DNA from: an uncultured bacterium
GTDB taxonomy: Bacteria; Planctomycetota; Phycisphaerae; Phycisphaerales; UBA1924
Length of the DNA: 64,000 nt
Direction of reading: 5' to 3'
NCBI GenBank assembly: GCA_963976625.1
Contig: CAXBLA010000004.1
Coordinates: 95,189 to 159,188, forward strand
In this document: one piece after another, positions 20,000-28,089 of the stretch
How the letters are laid out: each line of letters opens with the position of its first letter
How positions within the stretch are numbered: position 1 is the stretch's first letter
Position numbers and translations under genes: made by a program
The notes under the pieces: model-generated
Told to the model about the DNA's origin: nothing
Seen by the model: only the letters and a program-made list of their open reading frames with translations
Database searches by the model: none

Positions 20000-20086
20000 T
20001 TAGCTCGCAGTGACCACAACCGACATCGCAACCCAGACGCGTTTGGCGCCTTTGGCTTTCGATTTAGTCGATTTCAGGTTGGTCAT
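20000..20086 (-). CDS. 28-codon Lys-rich mini-ORF (candidate leader peptide of the lysW operon)
   Basis: My translation is MTNLKSTKSKAKGAKRVWVAMSVVVTAS*, with GAGGA 5 nt upstream of the ATG. An in-frame upstream ATG at 20098 would add MRNA. All five Lys codons are AAA. It is too short for the ORF track. Confidence 0.45.
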   Translation of the reverse strand: MTNLKSTKSKAKGAKRVWVAMSVVVTAS

Positions 20087-20106
20087 TGCATTCCTCATGT
20101 GTGCGA

Positions 20107-20134
20107 AGTCTAGCTTTCATCGGCTATTTGTCAA
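20107..20134 (-). promoter_or_regulatory. Sigma70-like promoter upstream of the mini-ORF/lysW operon
   Basis: On the minus strand it reads TTGACA-16 nt-TAGACT, ending about 20 nt before the mini-ORF ATG. No comparable hexamers lie between the terminator and lysW. Confidence 0.35.
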
Positions 20135-20320
20135 ATTAACTTCTGAAAATGCAAACTTTTCTACTTGACACCGAGCACAATTCGATTTTGGATCTTTGTT
20201 TTTTGCCCAGAACCCACGATTTGCCGCCCACAAACCTGTACTCAGTTTTTCTGCCCATCGGGCGTACACTCAACACCGATACACCACTCGTATGCCAACT
20301 CGCCGAGCAGGAGACCGACC

Positions 20321-22102
20321 ATGCCCCCAACCAAGCCAACCCTGATCGCTCGCACAAGCCCCGAGCTGATGAGCGTGGCGCGGGGCGATGCCCCCGCGGA
20401 CATCATTTTTACCAACGGACGCGTGGTCAATGTGTTCTCTCGGACCATCGAGTCGGTCAATGTCTCAATATTCGGTGGGCGCATCGCAGCGGTCGGGTCT
20501 GAAACCTTCGACGCTCAGCAGACGATCGATCTCGGTGGACGCTACCTCGCGCCCGGATTGATCGATGCACACATGCATGTCGAATCGACGATGATGATGC
20601 CCAAGGAGTTCGTCCGCGTGGCCGCCCCGCACGGGACGACCGGGGTCGTGTTCGATCCACATGAGATCGCCAATGTGCACGGGATCGCGGGGATCAAACT
20701 GCTGATGGACGCGAGCGCCAATCTCCCGATGAACATCCGTTTCGGGGCTTCGTCGTGCGTGCCCTCGTCGAGCTTCGAGCACAGCGGGTCCACGCTCGAA
20801 GCGGATGATCTCGCGCCGCTCTTTGATGACCCACGGGTGATCGCGCTGGCCGAGATGATGAACTTCCCGGGGGTGTTCTTGGGTGATCCGGGGATCATGG
20901 CCAAGGTGGCCCTTGGGCTCGACCGGGCGATTGTCGACGGGCACTGCCCAGGGCTGACAGGACCCGCTTTGTGCGCGTATGTCGCGTCGGGGATCAGCTC
21001 GGATCATGAATGCACGACGCCCGATGAAGCGATCGTGAAGCTCAAGCTGGGGCTGACGATCTATCTCCGCGAAGGCAGCGCGGCCCGCAATCTCGAAGCG
21101 CTCGTCCCGGTCGTCAACGCCAACAATGCTTCGCGGTTCTGCTTTTGCACCGATGATCGCCATCCGGGGGATCTGCACCGTGAGGGGCATATTGATCATG
21201 TGGTGCGCAAGGCCGTGCGATTGGGGCTCGATCCGGTGACGGCTATTGCGATGGGTTCGCTGCATGCTGCGGATCATTATCGATTGCCTGATCTGGGGGC
21301 GATCGCGCCCGGTCGCCAGGCGGACTTGATTGTGTTCGATTCACTCGACGATATACGCCCCACCAGCGTGTATTGGCAGGGCACGCACATCGCTCAGGAC
21401 GGCGTTGCGCTCGACGGCGTGCTCGATGGAGCCGCAACGCCCGACGCGAGCATCGCCCATGCTTCGGTGCATCTGCCCGAGGACTTCGATGCGTCGTCGC
21501 TCGAAATCGCCGCGGCCCCATCGCCCAAACTCATCCGTGTGATCGTGGCCGATCCGCATCAGCTCGTCACGGGCGAGGTGCACATGGAGCCGGCCATCGG
21601 CACAGGCGATGCCGACAAGCAATACATCGCGGACCCGTCGCGTGATCTGCTTAAGCTGGCGGTGATCGCCCGGCACAAAGGGCAATCAGGCATCGGGCTC
21701 GGGTTCGTGACGGGGCTGGGCTTTGCCCACGGGGCGCTGGCGAGCACGGTCGGGCACGATGCGCACAACTTGGCGGTGGTCGGGACGAACGACCAGGACA
21801 TGGCGATCGCGGGCCGGGCGCTCGAAGCTGCTGGCGGCGGGCAGTGTGTCGTGCGTGATGGCGAAGTCTTGGCGATCTTGCCGCTGCCCATCGCGGGGTT
21901 GATCTCAGATCAAAGCGCGATGACCATCATCGAACAACAAGACGCGCTGCTCGCGGCGGTGCGCGAGATCGGGTGCCCGATCGAGGACCCGTTTATGCCG
22001 TTGAGTTTTTTGCCCTTGCCCGTGATCCCGGCGCTCAAGCTGACGGATATGGGGCTGATCGATGTGATGGGCCAGCGGGTGGTCCCATTGGATGTCGAAT
22101 AA
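20321..22102 (+). CDS. ade: Adenine deaminase
   Basis: LIDAHMHVESTMMMP, the amidohydrolase fold and a roughly 590-aa length typical of Ade. The ATG at 20321 is preceded by GGAG. The longer ORF from 20165 covers the promoter region. Confidence 0.85.
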   Translation: MPPTKPTLIARTSPELMSVARGDAPADIIFTNGRVVNVFSRTIESVNVSIFGGRIAAVGSETFDAQQTIDLGGRYLAPGLIDAHMHVESTMMMPKEFVRVAAPHGTTGVVFDPHEIANVHGIAGIKLLMDASANLPMNIRFGASSCVPSSSFEHSGSTLEADDLAPLFDDPRVIALAEMMNFPGVFLGDPGIMAKVALGLDRAIVDGHCPGLTGPALCAYVASGISSDHECTTPDEAIVKLKLGLTIYLREGSAARNLEALVPVVNANNASRFCFCTDDRHPGDLHREGHIDHVVRKAVRLGLDPVTAIAMGSLHAADHYRLPDLGAIAPGRQADLIVFDSLDDIRPTSVYWQGTHIAQDGVALDGVLDGAATPDASIAHASVHLPEDFDASSLEIAAAPSPKLIRVIVADPHQLVTGEVHMEPAIGTGDADKQYIADPSRDLLKLAVIARHKGQSGIGLGFVTGLGFAHGALASTVGHDAHNLAVVGTNDQDMAIAGRALEAAGGGQCVVRDGEVLAILPLPIAGLISDQSAMTIIEQQDALLAAVREIGCPIEDPFMPLSFLPLPVIPALKLTDMGLIDVMGQRVVPLDVE

Positions 22103-22147
22103 GGATAGAGTTGTTTGAACCCGATCCAATGCGATCCAAAACGACAC

Positions 22148-22171
22148 AAGCCCCTGCGGTTGCAAGGGCTT
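22148..22171 (-). terminator. Hairpin just downstream of tRNA-Ser(GCT)
   Basis: AAGCCCCTGC-ggtt-GCAAGGGCTT lies 8 nt beyond the tRNA 3' end. On the minus strand a TTTT follows after 6 nt. Confidence 0.45.
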
Positions 22172-22179
22172 GCTGGAAA

Positions 22180-22269
22180 CGGATCGAGAGGGATTCGAAC
22201 CCTCGATACAGGTTTACCCTGTATACCGGATTAGCAATCCGGCCCCTTCAGCCTCTCGGGCACCGATCC
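22180..22269 (-). tRNA. tRNA-Ser (anticodon GCT)
   Basis: The reverse complement GGATCGGTGCCCGAGAGGCTGAAGGGGCCGGATTGCTAATCCGG...GAGGGTTCGAATCCCTCTCGATCCG has a 7-bp acceptor stem, the anticodon loop TTGCTAA, a long variable arm and a GTTCGAATC T-loop. Confidence 0.9.
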
Positions 22270-22519
22270 TGAGTTGATGATCGTAGCCTATCGACACCCA
22301 GCGGTCGTCAACAGGGCACGATTGAATTGACACAGGGCCCGAATTCCGGGCCCTGTCATCGGGCAATCCGAGACCGATCGGCTGAGCAACGGATGGGAGG
22401 ACATCCGGGGCGGCCAAGATCGATCAATCTTGTGAGTCGTATTCACAACCGAGTACCCACCCGGCGTCGGATCGTCTATTGGGGTGTTTCGTGAGCTCTT
22501 TGGGGAGCCGAGTCGCGGT

Positions 22520-22789
22520 TTAGTCCGCGCCTTCTGCGTTGTTGTCGAGCATGTTGCGGAGGTACTTGTTCTCGCGACGGGTCGCTTCGAGATCGAACAC
22601 AAGGTACTTGACCGAGAGTCGCAGGTGATCGAGCGAGTCCTGGAGCTCGGTGATGGTCTTCTTCATGCGGGTATGGCGCGACTGGGTCTCGGCGGCGAGC
22701 TGGGCGAGCTTGGGGCGATCCGTTTCAGGGAGTGTTTCGATCTGCTCGAGGAGGTTCTGAAGGCGGTTCTGGAAGTCGTTTTCTTTCAT
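22520..22789 (-). CDS. Small coiled-coil protein, unknown function
   Basis: The ATG at 22789 gives MKENDFQNRLQNLLEQIETLPETDRPKLAQLAAE... (89 aa, heptad-like). Confidence 0.5.
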   Translation of the reverse strand: MKENDFQNRLQNLLEQIETLPETDRPKLAQLAAETQSRHTRMKKTITELQDSLDHLRLSVKYLVFDLEATRRENKYLRNMLDNNAEGAD

Positions 22790-23041
22790 GGCGGATTCCC
22801 TTTTTAAGATTTGGCATGCTCTCTTTGATATGTCGCAGGCTCGTCCTGCTGTGCCAAAGAGAGATGCACACCCCGGGCCAAGCCCCGGTGCCAGCCGATC
22901 GAAACTGATCGCGCAGCAGCCAAGGCCCGGTAAAATCCCCATCCGTGGGACCCAGTCAATCCATTCGAGACATCCATGAAGTGTTCGAGCGTCGCTGATC
23001 CTTCAGCGGACGCGTCCGGCTGTGCCGGATGTTGCCCAGAT

Positions 23042-23686
23042 TCAACGCCTGCGGTGCAGCTTCTGCAACGCCTGACGCCCCGCCGGGGGGGCCGATTGGG
23101 CGATCCGGACGAGCTCTGGAGCCGGGACAGTATTGGCTTCGCGCACGACCTTGCCAAGGTGCTGGCGGAGATTCATTTCGAACATCCGATAAAAATCCTC
23201 CAGTTCGTGGCGATTGAACCTTCCCATCGGATCGGCGAGCCCGCACTGAGCCGCGGCCCAGTCGATCAGCCCCGCCCCGGTGCCCGAGAAACGATACAAG
23301 CCCAAAGTAGCCTCCAAGCGCTGGGCCGGGCTGGCGAAGGGATCGCGGGCGGTTTCGGGGATCGCGGTCATGATCTTGAGGATCTCCCGATGGTCGGCTG
23401 AGGCGATCGGGAGCGGGGCGTGGTGCTCCTCGATCTTGGGCTTGATCGAGCTGGCGACCGCCGAAGCCGCTTGGATCTTGGCGAAAGCCGTGGACACGGT
23501 CTTGAGCCCTGCCCGCTCGAAGCGGATGGTCAATCGCTGGCAGGTCCGCCCCTCGTGCTTGAATGCCGAGGCCGAAGACACGGTGCCCTTGCCCCATTCG
23601 GGCTTGCCGGGGTGCATGACCTGGTCGCCGAGCGAAAATCGGGTGGGCTCTGGGGCCCGGGGTGAAGATCCATCGGGGGTGGTCAT
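23042..23686 (-). CDS. Hypothetical protein with DUF3553-like N-terminal domain
   Basis: The ATG at 23686 gives MTTPDG... FSLGDQVMHPGKPEWGKGTVSS...RLTIRFERAG resembles the small DUF3553 beta-domain. Confidence 0.45.
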   Translation of the reverse strand: MTTPDGSSPRAPEPTRFSLGDQVMHPGKPEWGKGTVSSASAFKHEGRTCQRLTIRFERAGLKTVSTAFAKIQAASAVASSIKPKIEEHHAPLPIASADHREILKIMTAIPETARDPFASPAQRLEATLGLYRFSGTGAGLIDWAAAQCGLADPMGRFNRHELEDFYRMFEMNLRQHLGKVVREANTVPAPELVRIAQSAPPAGRQALQKLHRRR

Positions 23687-23897
23687 GCAGGGCTCGATTC
23701 GGGGGCTGGCTGGGCCAAATGGGCAGAGTTGGGCACAGATGGGCAAACGGGGTGATAAATACGGGCCCGAGTATAGGTTGTTGCTGGTCTCAAACCCGCT
23801 GTGCGTCTACACTTGCCCCCGCAATCCATACGCCCAGCGCTCGGTCGAGACCGGTGCTTGTGCGTCCACACTGCGGCTATGAAGTGAAGGATAGCTG

Positions 23898-24125
23898 ATG
23901 ATCGAAGCCTTGAAAAGTGATGAAATCGTCGAAAAGGTCGGCGGCAAGTTCAAGCTCTGTGCGCTGATCCAGCGTCGGCTCGAGCAGCTGATCGAGGGCG
24001 CCCGCCCGCTGGTCGCCCGCGACGGTCGGACCGATCTTGAGATCGTGGTCGAAGAGATCATGCAGGACAAGATCACGCTTGAGTTCCTTGATATGGTGCC
24101 TCAGGCTGAGGAAGCCCTGCTCTGA
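23898..24125 (+). CDS. rpoZ: DNA-directed RNA polymerase omega subunit (probable)
   Basis: 75 aa. KFKLCALIQRRLEQLIEGARPLV...LEIVVEEI matches the RpoZ pattern (nRy.L...a.kRarqL..G). Confidence 0.6.
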   Translation: MIEALKSDEIVEKVGGKFKLCALIQRRLEQLIEGARPLVARDGRTDLEIVVEEIMQDKITLEFLDMVPQAEEALL

Positions 24126-24177
24126 GCGGTCTGATCGTGTGATCGCCCTGCTGACTGCGGGTCGATACAATACATCT

Positions 24178-24837
24178 ATGAGCCAATCGAACAATCAAAA
24201 TGCTGCTCGATCAAGCGACCCGTTGAACGCCGACCAATCCTCGGCGGCCCGCTGGCTTGATCCTGTTTTTCTGCGCCCCCACTTCGAAGGCAAGTCGATC
24301 CTCGTCGCTGTCACCGGCGGGATCGCGGCGTACAAAGCTTGTACCATCGTGTCTCGGCTCGCCCAAGCCGATGCACAGGTCACCGTCGCGATGACCCCCT
24401 CGGCGACGAACTTCGTCACCCCCACCACTTTTCAGGCGCTCTCGGGCAACCCGGTCTATACCTCTTCGTGGGACCATATCGAATCGAGCGATCCCCAGCA
24501 CATCGCGCTGGCCGACCGGTGCGACGCGGCCATCGTCGCCCCGTGCACGATGAACACGCTGGCAAACATAGTCCAAGGGCGAACAGACGATGTGGTCTCG
24601 TTGATCTTAAGTGCGATCAATCGTAAGAACACCCCGGTGCTGCTGGCGCTAGCGATGAACGACACAATGTGGAACCAGCCGAGCACGGGGCGCAATGTGG
24701 CCCAGGCTCAAGACGACGGGTTCACCCTCGTCGGCCCCGGCGAGGGCTGGCAGGCGTGCCGACACTCGGGCACGGGGCGGATGAGCGAGCCCGAATCCTG
24801 CATCCGGGCGATCGCCGAGGCCCTCGGGGCTTGCTAA
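24178..24837 (+). CDS. coaC: Flavoprotein, phosphopantothenoylcysteine decarboxylase-like (CoaC domain only)
   Basis: ILVAVTGGIAAYKACTIVSRL, AMTPSATNFVTP and IVAPCTMNTLANI. The ATG at 24178 follows rpoZ. Confidence 0.75.
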   Translation: MSQSNNQNAARSSDPLNADQSSAARWLDPVFLRPHFEGKSILVAVTGGIAAYKACTIVSRLAQADAQVTVAMTPSATNFVTPTTFQALSGNPVYTSSWDHIESSDPQHIALADRCDAAIVAPCTMNTLANIVQGRTDDVVSLILSAINRKNTPVLLALAMNDTMWNQPSTGRNVAQAQDDGFTLVGPGEGWQACRHSGTGRMSEPESCIRAIAEALGAC

Positions 24838-24956
24838 CGAGCCGATCGGCAGACTGCCGGCGGACTTGTGCATCTGGACTTGGTTTGTCGGTTCTGGACG
24901 ACTAAACTCCCGGCTCAACCAGGCCGACGGGCACCCCCTGTCGAGCCGACCCCTTT

Positions 24957-25043
24957 GGAGAGGTGGCTGAGCGGTTGAAGGCGCACGATTGGAATTCGTG
25001 TGGAGGAGTAATCCTCTCGGGGGTTCGAATCCCCCCCTCTCCG
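24957..25043 (+). tRNA. tRNA-Ser (anticodon GGA); integration target of the island
   Basis: GGAGAGGTGGCTGAGCGGTTGAAGGCGCACGATTGGAATTCGTG...GGGGGTTCGAATCCCCCCCTCTCCG has the anticodon loop TTGGAAT, a long variable arm and a 7-bp acceptor stem. Confidence 0.9.
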
Positions 25044-25045
25044 TT
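25027..25045 (+). repeat. attL core: 19-bp direct repeat (tRNA 3' end)
   Basis: GAATCCCCCCCTCTCCGTT is identical to 38366-38384. Confidence 0.85.
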
Positions 25046-25049
25046 GAAT

Positions 25050-25078
25050 AAGCCCTTGCATTTGCAAGGGCTTATTTT
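25050..25078 (+). terminator. Island-borne terminator now serving tRNA-Ser(GGA)
   Basis: AAGCCCTTGC-attt-GCAAGGGCTT followed by ATTTTGT. Confidence 0.6.
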
Positions 25079-25117
25079 GTAGGCACTTGGGAACAGGCCT
25101 GCAGAAAGATGTTGGCT

Positions 25118-25141
25118 ACTGCCCCATTTCTGTCCCAGTTT
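25118..25141 (+). repeat. Sub-terminal repeat, left copy (possible arm-type recombinase site)
   Basis: ACTGCCCCATTTCTGTCCCAGTTT versus ACTGTCCCATTTCTGTCCCACTTT at 38219-38242 (22/24 identical, same orientation). Each contains a tandem CTGyCCCA. Confidence 0.5.
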
Positions 25142-25204
25142 GAGAGATCTTGGATAGCGCCGCTCGATTGGTTGGGACAGTCGTAGTGAGTGGATTGAGT
25201 TGAA

Positions 25205-25774
25205 TCAGCAGGGAGTGTCGCCGGTCTTGGTGGCTTTGGCGAGCTCTTTCCATGCCTTGGTCGCTGCACGGCTGATGTTGCCCTTGCCGGTGCGGCTGAA
25301 GCGTGCCCGAGAATGGTCAACGATATGACGGTGGGCAAGGAAACGGATCGCTACGCGGACTTGGTAGTCCGGCAGCTCAAAGTCGATCTGCGATTCAACG
25401 AAATCAAAGATCTCTTGGAATCGTTGGATCTCCGGGCCTTCGTCCATCGCCTTGGCCACGATCTCAAAGATGTCCTTCGGACATCGGAATGGGGCCGCTC
25501 CGCCTGATCGATGCTCAGCAAGTGCGATCCCGAATCGCCCCTGCTCGATTGCGTACCCAACGACCGCAACCGCTTTCTTTGGCTTTTTTCTGGGTTCACG
25601 CCCACGGCGCTCCGCGTTGCGGACTTCGTGATCAATCTCATGATCCAACCGTGCCGCCAATCGACGGAGCTTGGCGAGCTCCGATTGGGCCCGATCCGAC
25701 GAATCGATAATCCGGTCGAGCCCTTCCCTGAGCAGGCGTGCGGTTTCATACGGATCTTGGGCATTTACTGGCAT
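25205..25774 (-). CDS. Island paralog 1: coiled-coil plus winged-helix-like protein
   Basis: It is collinear with 27302-27865: PFRCPKDIFEIVAKAM / PFKCPKSVYEAVTAVL and ELPDYQVRVAIRFLAHRHIVDHSRARFSRTGK / ELPDYAVRTPLRFWSTLGIIDHQQARFARVGTK. The ORF-track start at 25789 is GTG; an ATG lies at 25774. Confidence 0.6.
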   Translation of the reverse strand: MPVNAQDPYETARLLREGLDRIIDSSDRAQSELAKLRRLAARLDHEIDHEVRNAERRGREPRKKPKKAVAVVGYAIEQGRFGIALAEHRSGGAAPFRCPKDIFEIVAKAMDEGPEIQRFQEIFDFVESQIDFELPDYQVRVAIRFLAHRHIVDHSRARFSRTGKGNISRAATKAWKELAKATKTGDTPC

Positions 25775-25877
25775 GCCCACATTATACACAAAATGGTATC
25801 TGTAGGCTTGACTCTATTGACAATCTTCGCTTTCTGTATACCGTTATTTGTATATTGGGCATTGATGGCAGGAATCG

Positions 25878-26164
25878 ATGCCGTATCCGGTGAAATCCGG
25901 GAAGGACTGCATGATGAGTGATGGACGAAGTTGGATCGGATTGGCGTCAATCTCGATGAGAGATATCAAGGCGACTACTGAAGGTACGAATATCCCAATG
26001 ATTCTGACGGCTGAGGAAGCCGCCGGAATTGCGAGGTGCTCCGTGCAGACACTCCGGCGTCAGGTCAGCGAGGGGCAATACAGCGAATGCGTGAGCAGAG
26101 GTAACCACTGCGATTCTGGCGGGACAAGTTCATTCAGGAGGTCATGAAGGACAACCCCGAATGA
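25878..26164 (+). pseudogene. Excisionase/AlpA-like HTH gene, apparently frameshifted near its 3' end
   Basis: MILTAEEAAGIARCSVQTLRRQVSEGQY is an Xis/AlpA-type HTH. After about 26103 the +2 frame reads PLRFWRDKFIQEVMKDNPE*, and its TGA (26162-26164) overlaps the integrase ATG (26161) as ATGA. The annotated frame instead ends at 26147 with ...HCDSGGTSSFRRS. Confidence 0.5.
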
Positions 26165-27305
26165 AACTCCTTGATCGACAACCCGTCGAGGGAACGCAGC
26201 AGCCAACGATCTATATCGGTCACCGACAATGGCGAGATAAGCAAGGCAAACTTCGGAAAGCCAAACCCTGGTACGCCGAGTGGTTCTTGCATGACAAGCG
26301 TGCGTACAAACCGCTCGGCGCCAACAACAAGGTCGCGGCGATCAAGGCTGCCCATCGTCTGCATGAGATGCTTTGCAAAGGTGAGTCGATCCATGCCCCA
26401 AAGGAGGTCACCATTGAGGAGATTGCGAAGCGGTATGTAGCCCTCAAGCGAGGAAAGCCTTGTGCTCCAAAGACAGTCAAGAAATACGAGTCCATTACTA
26501 ATCTGCTCGTTGAACACTGCCGGACTCGTGGCGTGGAATATGCGTCACGATTCACGGAGGAAGACTTCTGGTCTTTTCAGGAGGGATGTGGATATGCCCC
26601 AAAACAGTTCATGACCGGCGCATGATTATCGTGCAACTATTCAAATGGGCGACGGAGCGAGCGGAGGTGATCGTAAAGAATCCACTCAAGCTCGTAAAGA
26701 TGCAAGAACCTGAGTCTCCACCACAGCCGTGCTATACGCCGGAACAGGTAGAACGGATGATTGAGCTGGCGGACCCGGCACTCCGCGCCAAGATCGTGTT
26801 TCTGGCACACACCGGCTGTCGATTTGGCGAGCTCAGAGATTTGCAGTGGGTTGATCTCGATTTCAGTATCGGAACCAATGGATTCGTCAATATCCGCCGT
26901 GGTGGGTCTGGCGAGTTGACCAAAAACAAGAAATCACGCCGGATCCCGCTTCACCCGATGCTTGCCAACGAACTCAATCGGCTGCCCCGTACATCAGAGC
27001 TTGTCTTCCCGGCGGGAAAGTCAACGAAGCATCCAAATGGTGGCAGGCAGAGCGACACAATGCTACTCAAACAGGTCAAGCGACTTTGCAAGGCATGTGG
27101 CTTTGAGAACCCGAACCAATACAAAGTGCATACCTTCCGGCACTTCTTTGCATCCATGATGGCGAGGAACAATGTGAGTTACAAGTATGCCTTGGAGTTC
27201 ATGGGGCATTCTGATTCAAAGATTCTTGATCTGTACTACACAATGTTCGACGAGGATGCCGAGAGGGCTATCGCGATGATTCAACTCGCTCCCCGTGGTG
27301 CTTAG
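26161..27305 (+). pseudogene. Tyrosine recombinase/integrase split by a -1 frameshift at 26598-26604
   Basis: The N-terminal ORF (26161-26625) has a SAM-like core-binding domain (TIEEIAKRYV...KTVKKYESITNLLVEH). The C-terminal ORF (26586-27305) has the catalytic residues (HTGCRFGEL, HTFRHFFAS, GHSDSKILDLYY). The frames join at GCC CCA AAA C. Confidence 0.75.
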
Positions 27306-27865
27306 CCTGCATCGACCTGGATCTGCTCTTGGGATGCGGATTTCCAAGCAAGTCGTGTGCTTCTCATATACTCCACCTTGGTTCCAACCCGTGCAAACCG
27401 AGCTTGCTGGTGATCGATAATCCCAAGTGTGCTCCAGAATCTGAGAGGTGTGCGGACGGCGTAATCAGGGAGCTCTTGGCGGAGTCTCTTTGAGGCTTTG
27501 GCTTTGATGTCTTGGAATCCCACAGGCACCTTGTTCTCTGCAAGCACAGCAGTGACGGCTTCATAGACGCTCTTGGGACATTTGAATGGCCTCGCGTCGC
27601 TGTCGCGGCGTTCTGTGAGGGCTGGACCTCGCGGTGAGTCCTCAATCGTATAGATAGCGGCACGGACTCTGGCGCGGGGGCCAACGACGCGGCGACGGCG
27701 AGCATCTTCAATGATTCCGATTTCTTCCTGTACGGATGCTTCAAGTTCATTCAACTTGGCGAGCGCACCGCTCGGCCTAGATGGCGAGCTCTTAATGAGT
27801 TCCCGAAGTTCATCGAGCTTTGATTTCCAATCTGAGACTGCTGATTTTGATCGTTCCATAGTCAT
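27302..27865 (-). CDS. Island paralog 2: coiled-coil plus winged-helix-like protein
   Basis: See paralog 1. Its stop overlaps the integrase stop region (convergent). Confidence 0.6.
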   Translation of the reverse strand: MTMERSKSAVSDWKSKLDELRELIKSSPSRPSGALAKLNELEASVQEEIGIIEDARRRRVVGPRARVRAAIYTIEDSPRGPALTERRDSDARPFKCPKSVYEAVTAVLAENKVPVGFQDIKAKASKRLRQELPDYAVRTPLRFWSTLGIIDHQQARFARVGTKVEYMRSTRLAWKSASQEQIQVDAG

Positions 27866-28089
27866 TATGGTACGCCCGTATTACGCGATTGCGTAGATCC
27901 ATGCGTACCTGATAATCGCTTGTTTTGTCGAGGATCTTTGCGTTTTTGCAAGGATCCTGATAACGCTAAATATTTCTCAAACAATTTCATCGGATCCAAC
28001 AGATTCGACTTGCCACCCTCTTGATTCACCGCTATGTACATACAAATACGCCCTAATTGTTTTACGGCGTACTCTAAAGGAGAACGAAG

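Noticed and set aside
19615-20031. 138-aa minus-strand ORF spanning lysW and the leader region
   Set aside because: It overlaps LysW in another frame and crosses the terminator. It has no motif.
22331-22355. Perfect palindrome ACAGGGCCCG-AATT-CGGGCCCTGT in the 250-nt gap upstream of tRNA-Ser(GCT); considered as a terminator or ncRNA
   Set aside because: No U-tract lies on either strand, and I could recognise no ncRNA family by eye. Its role is undetermined.
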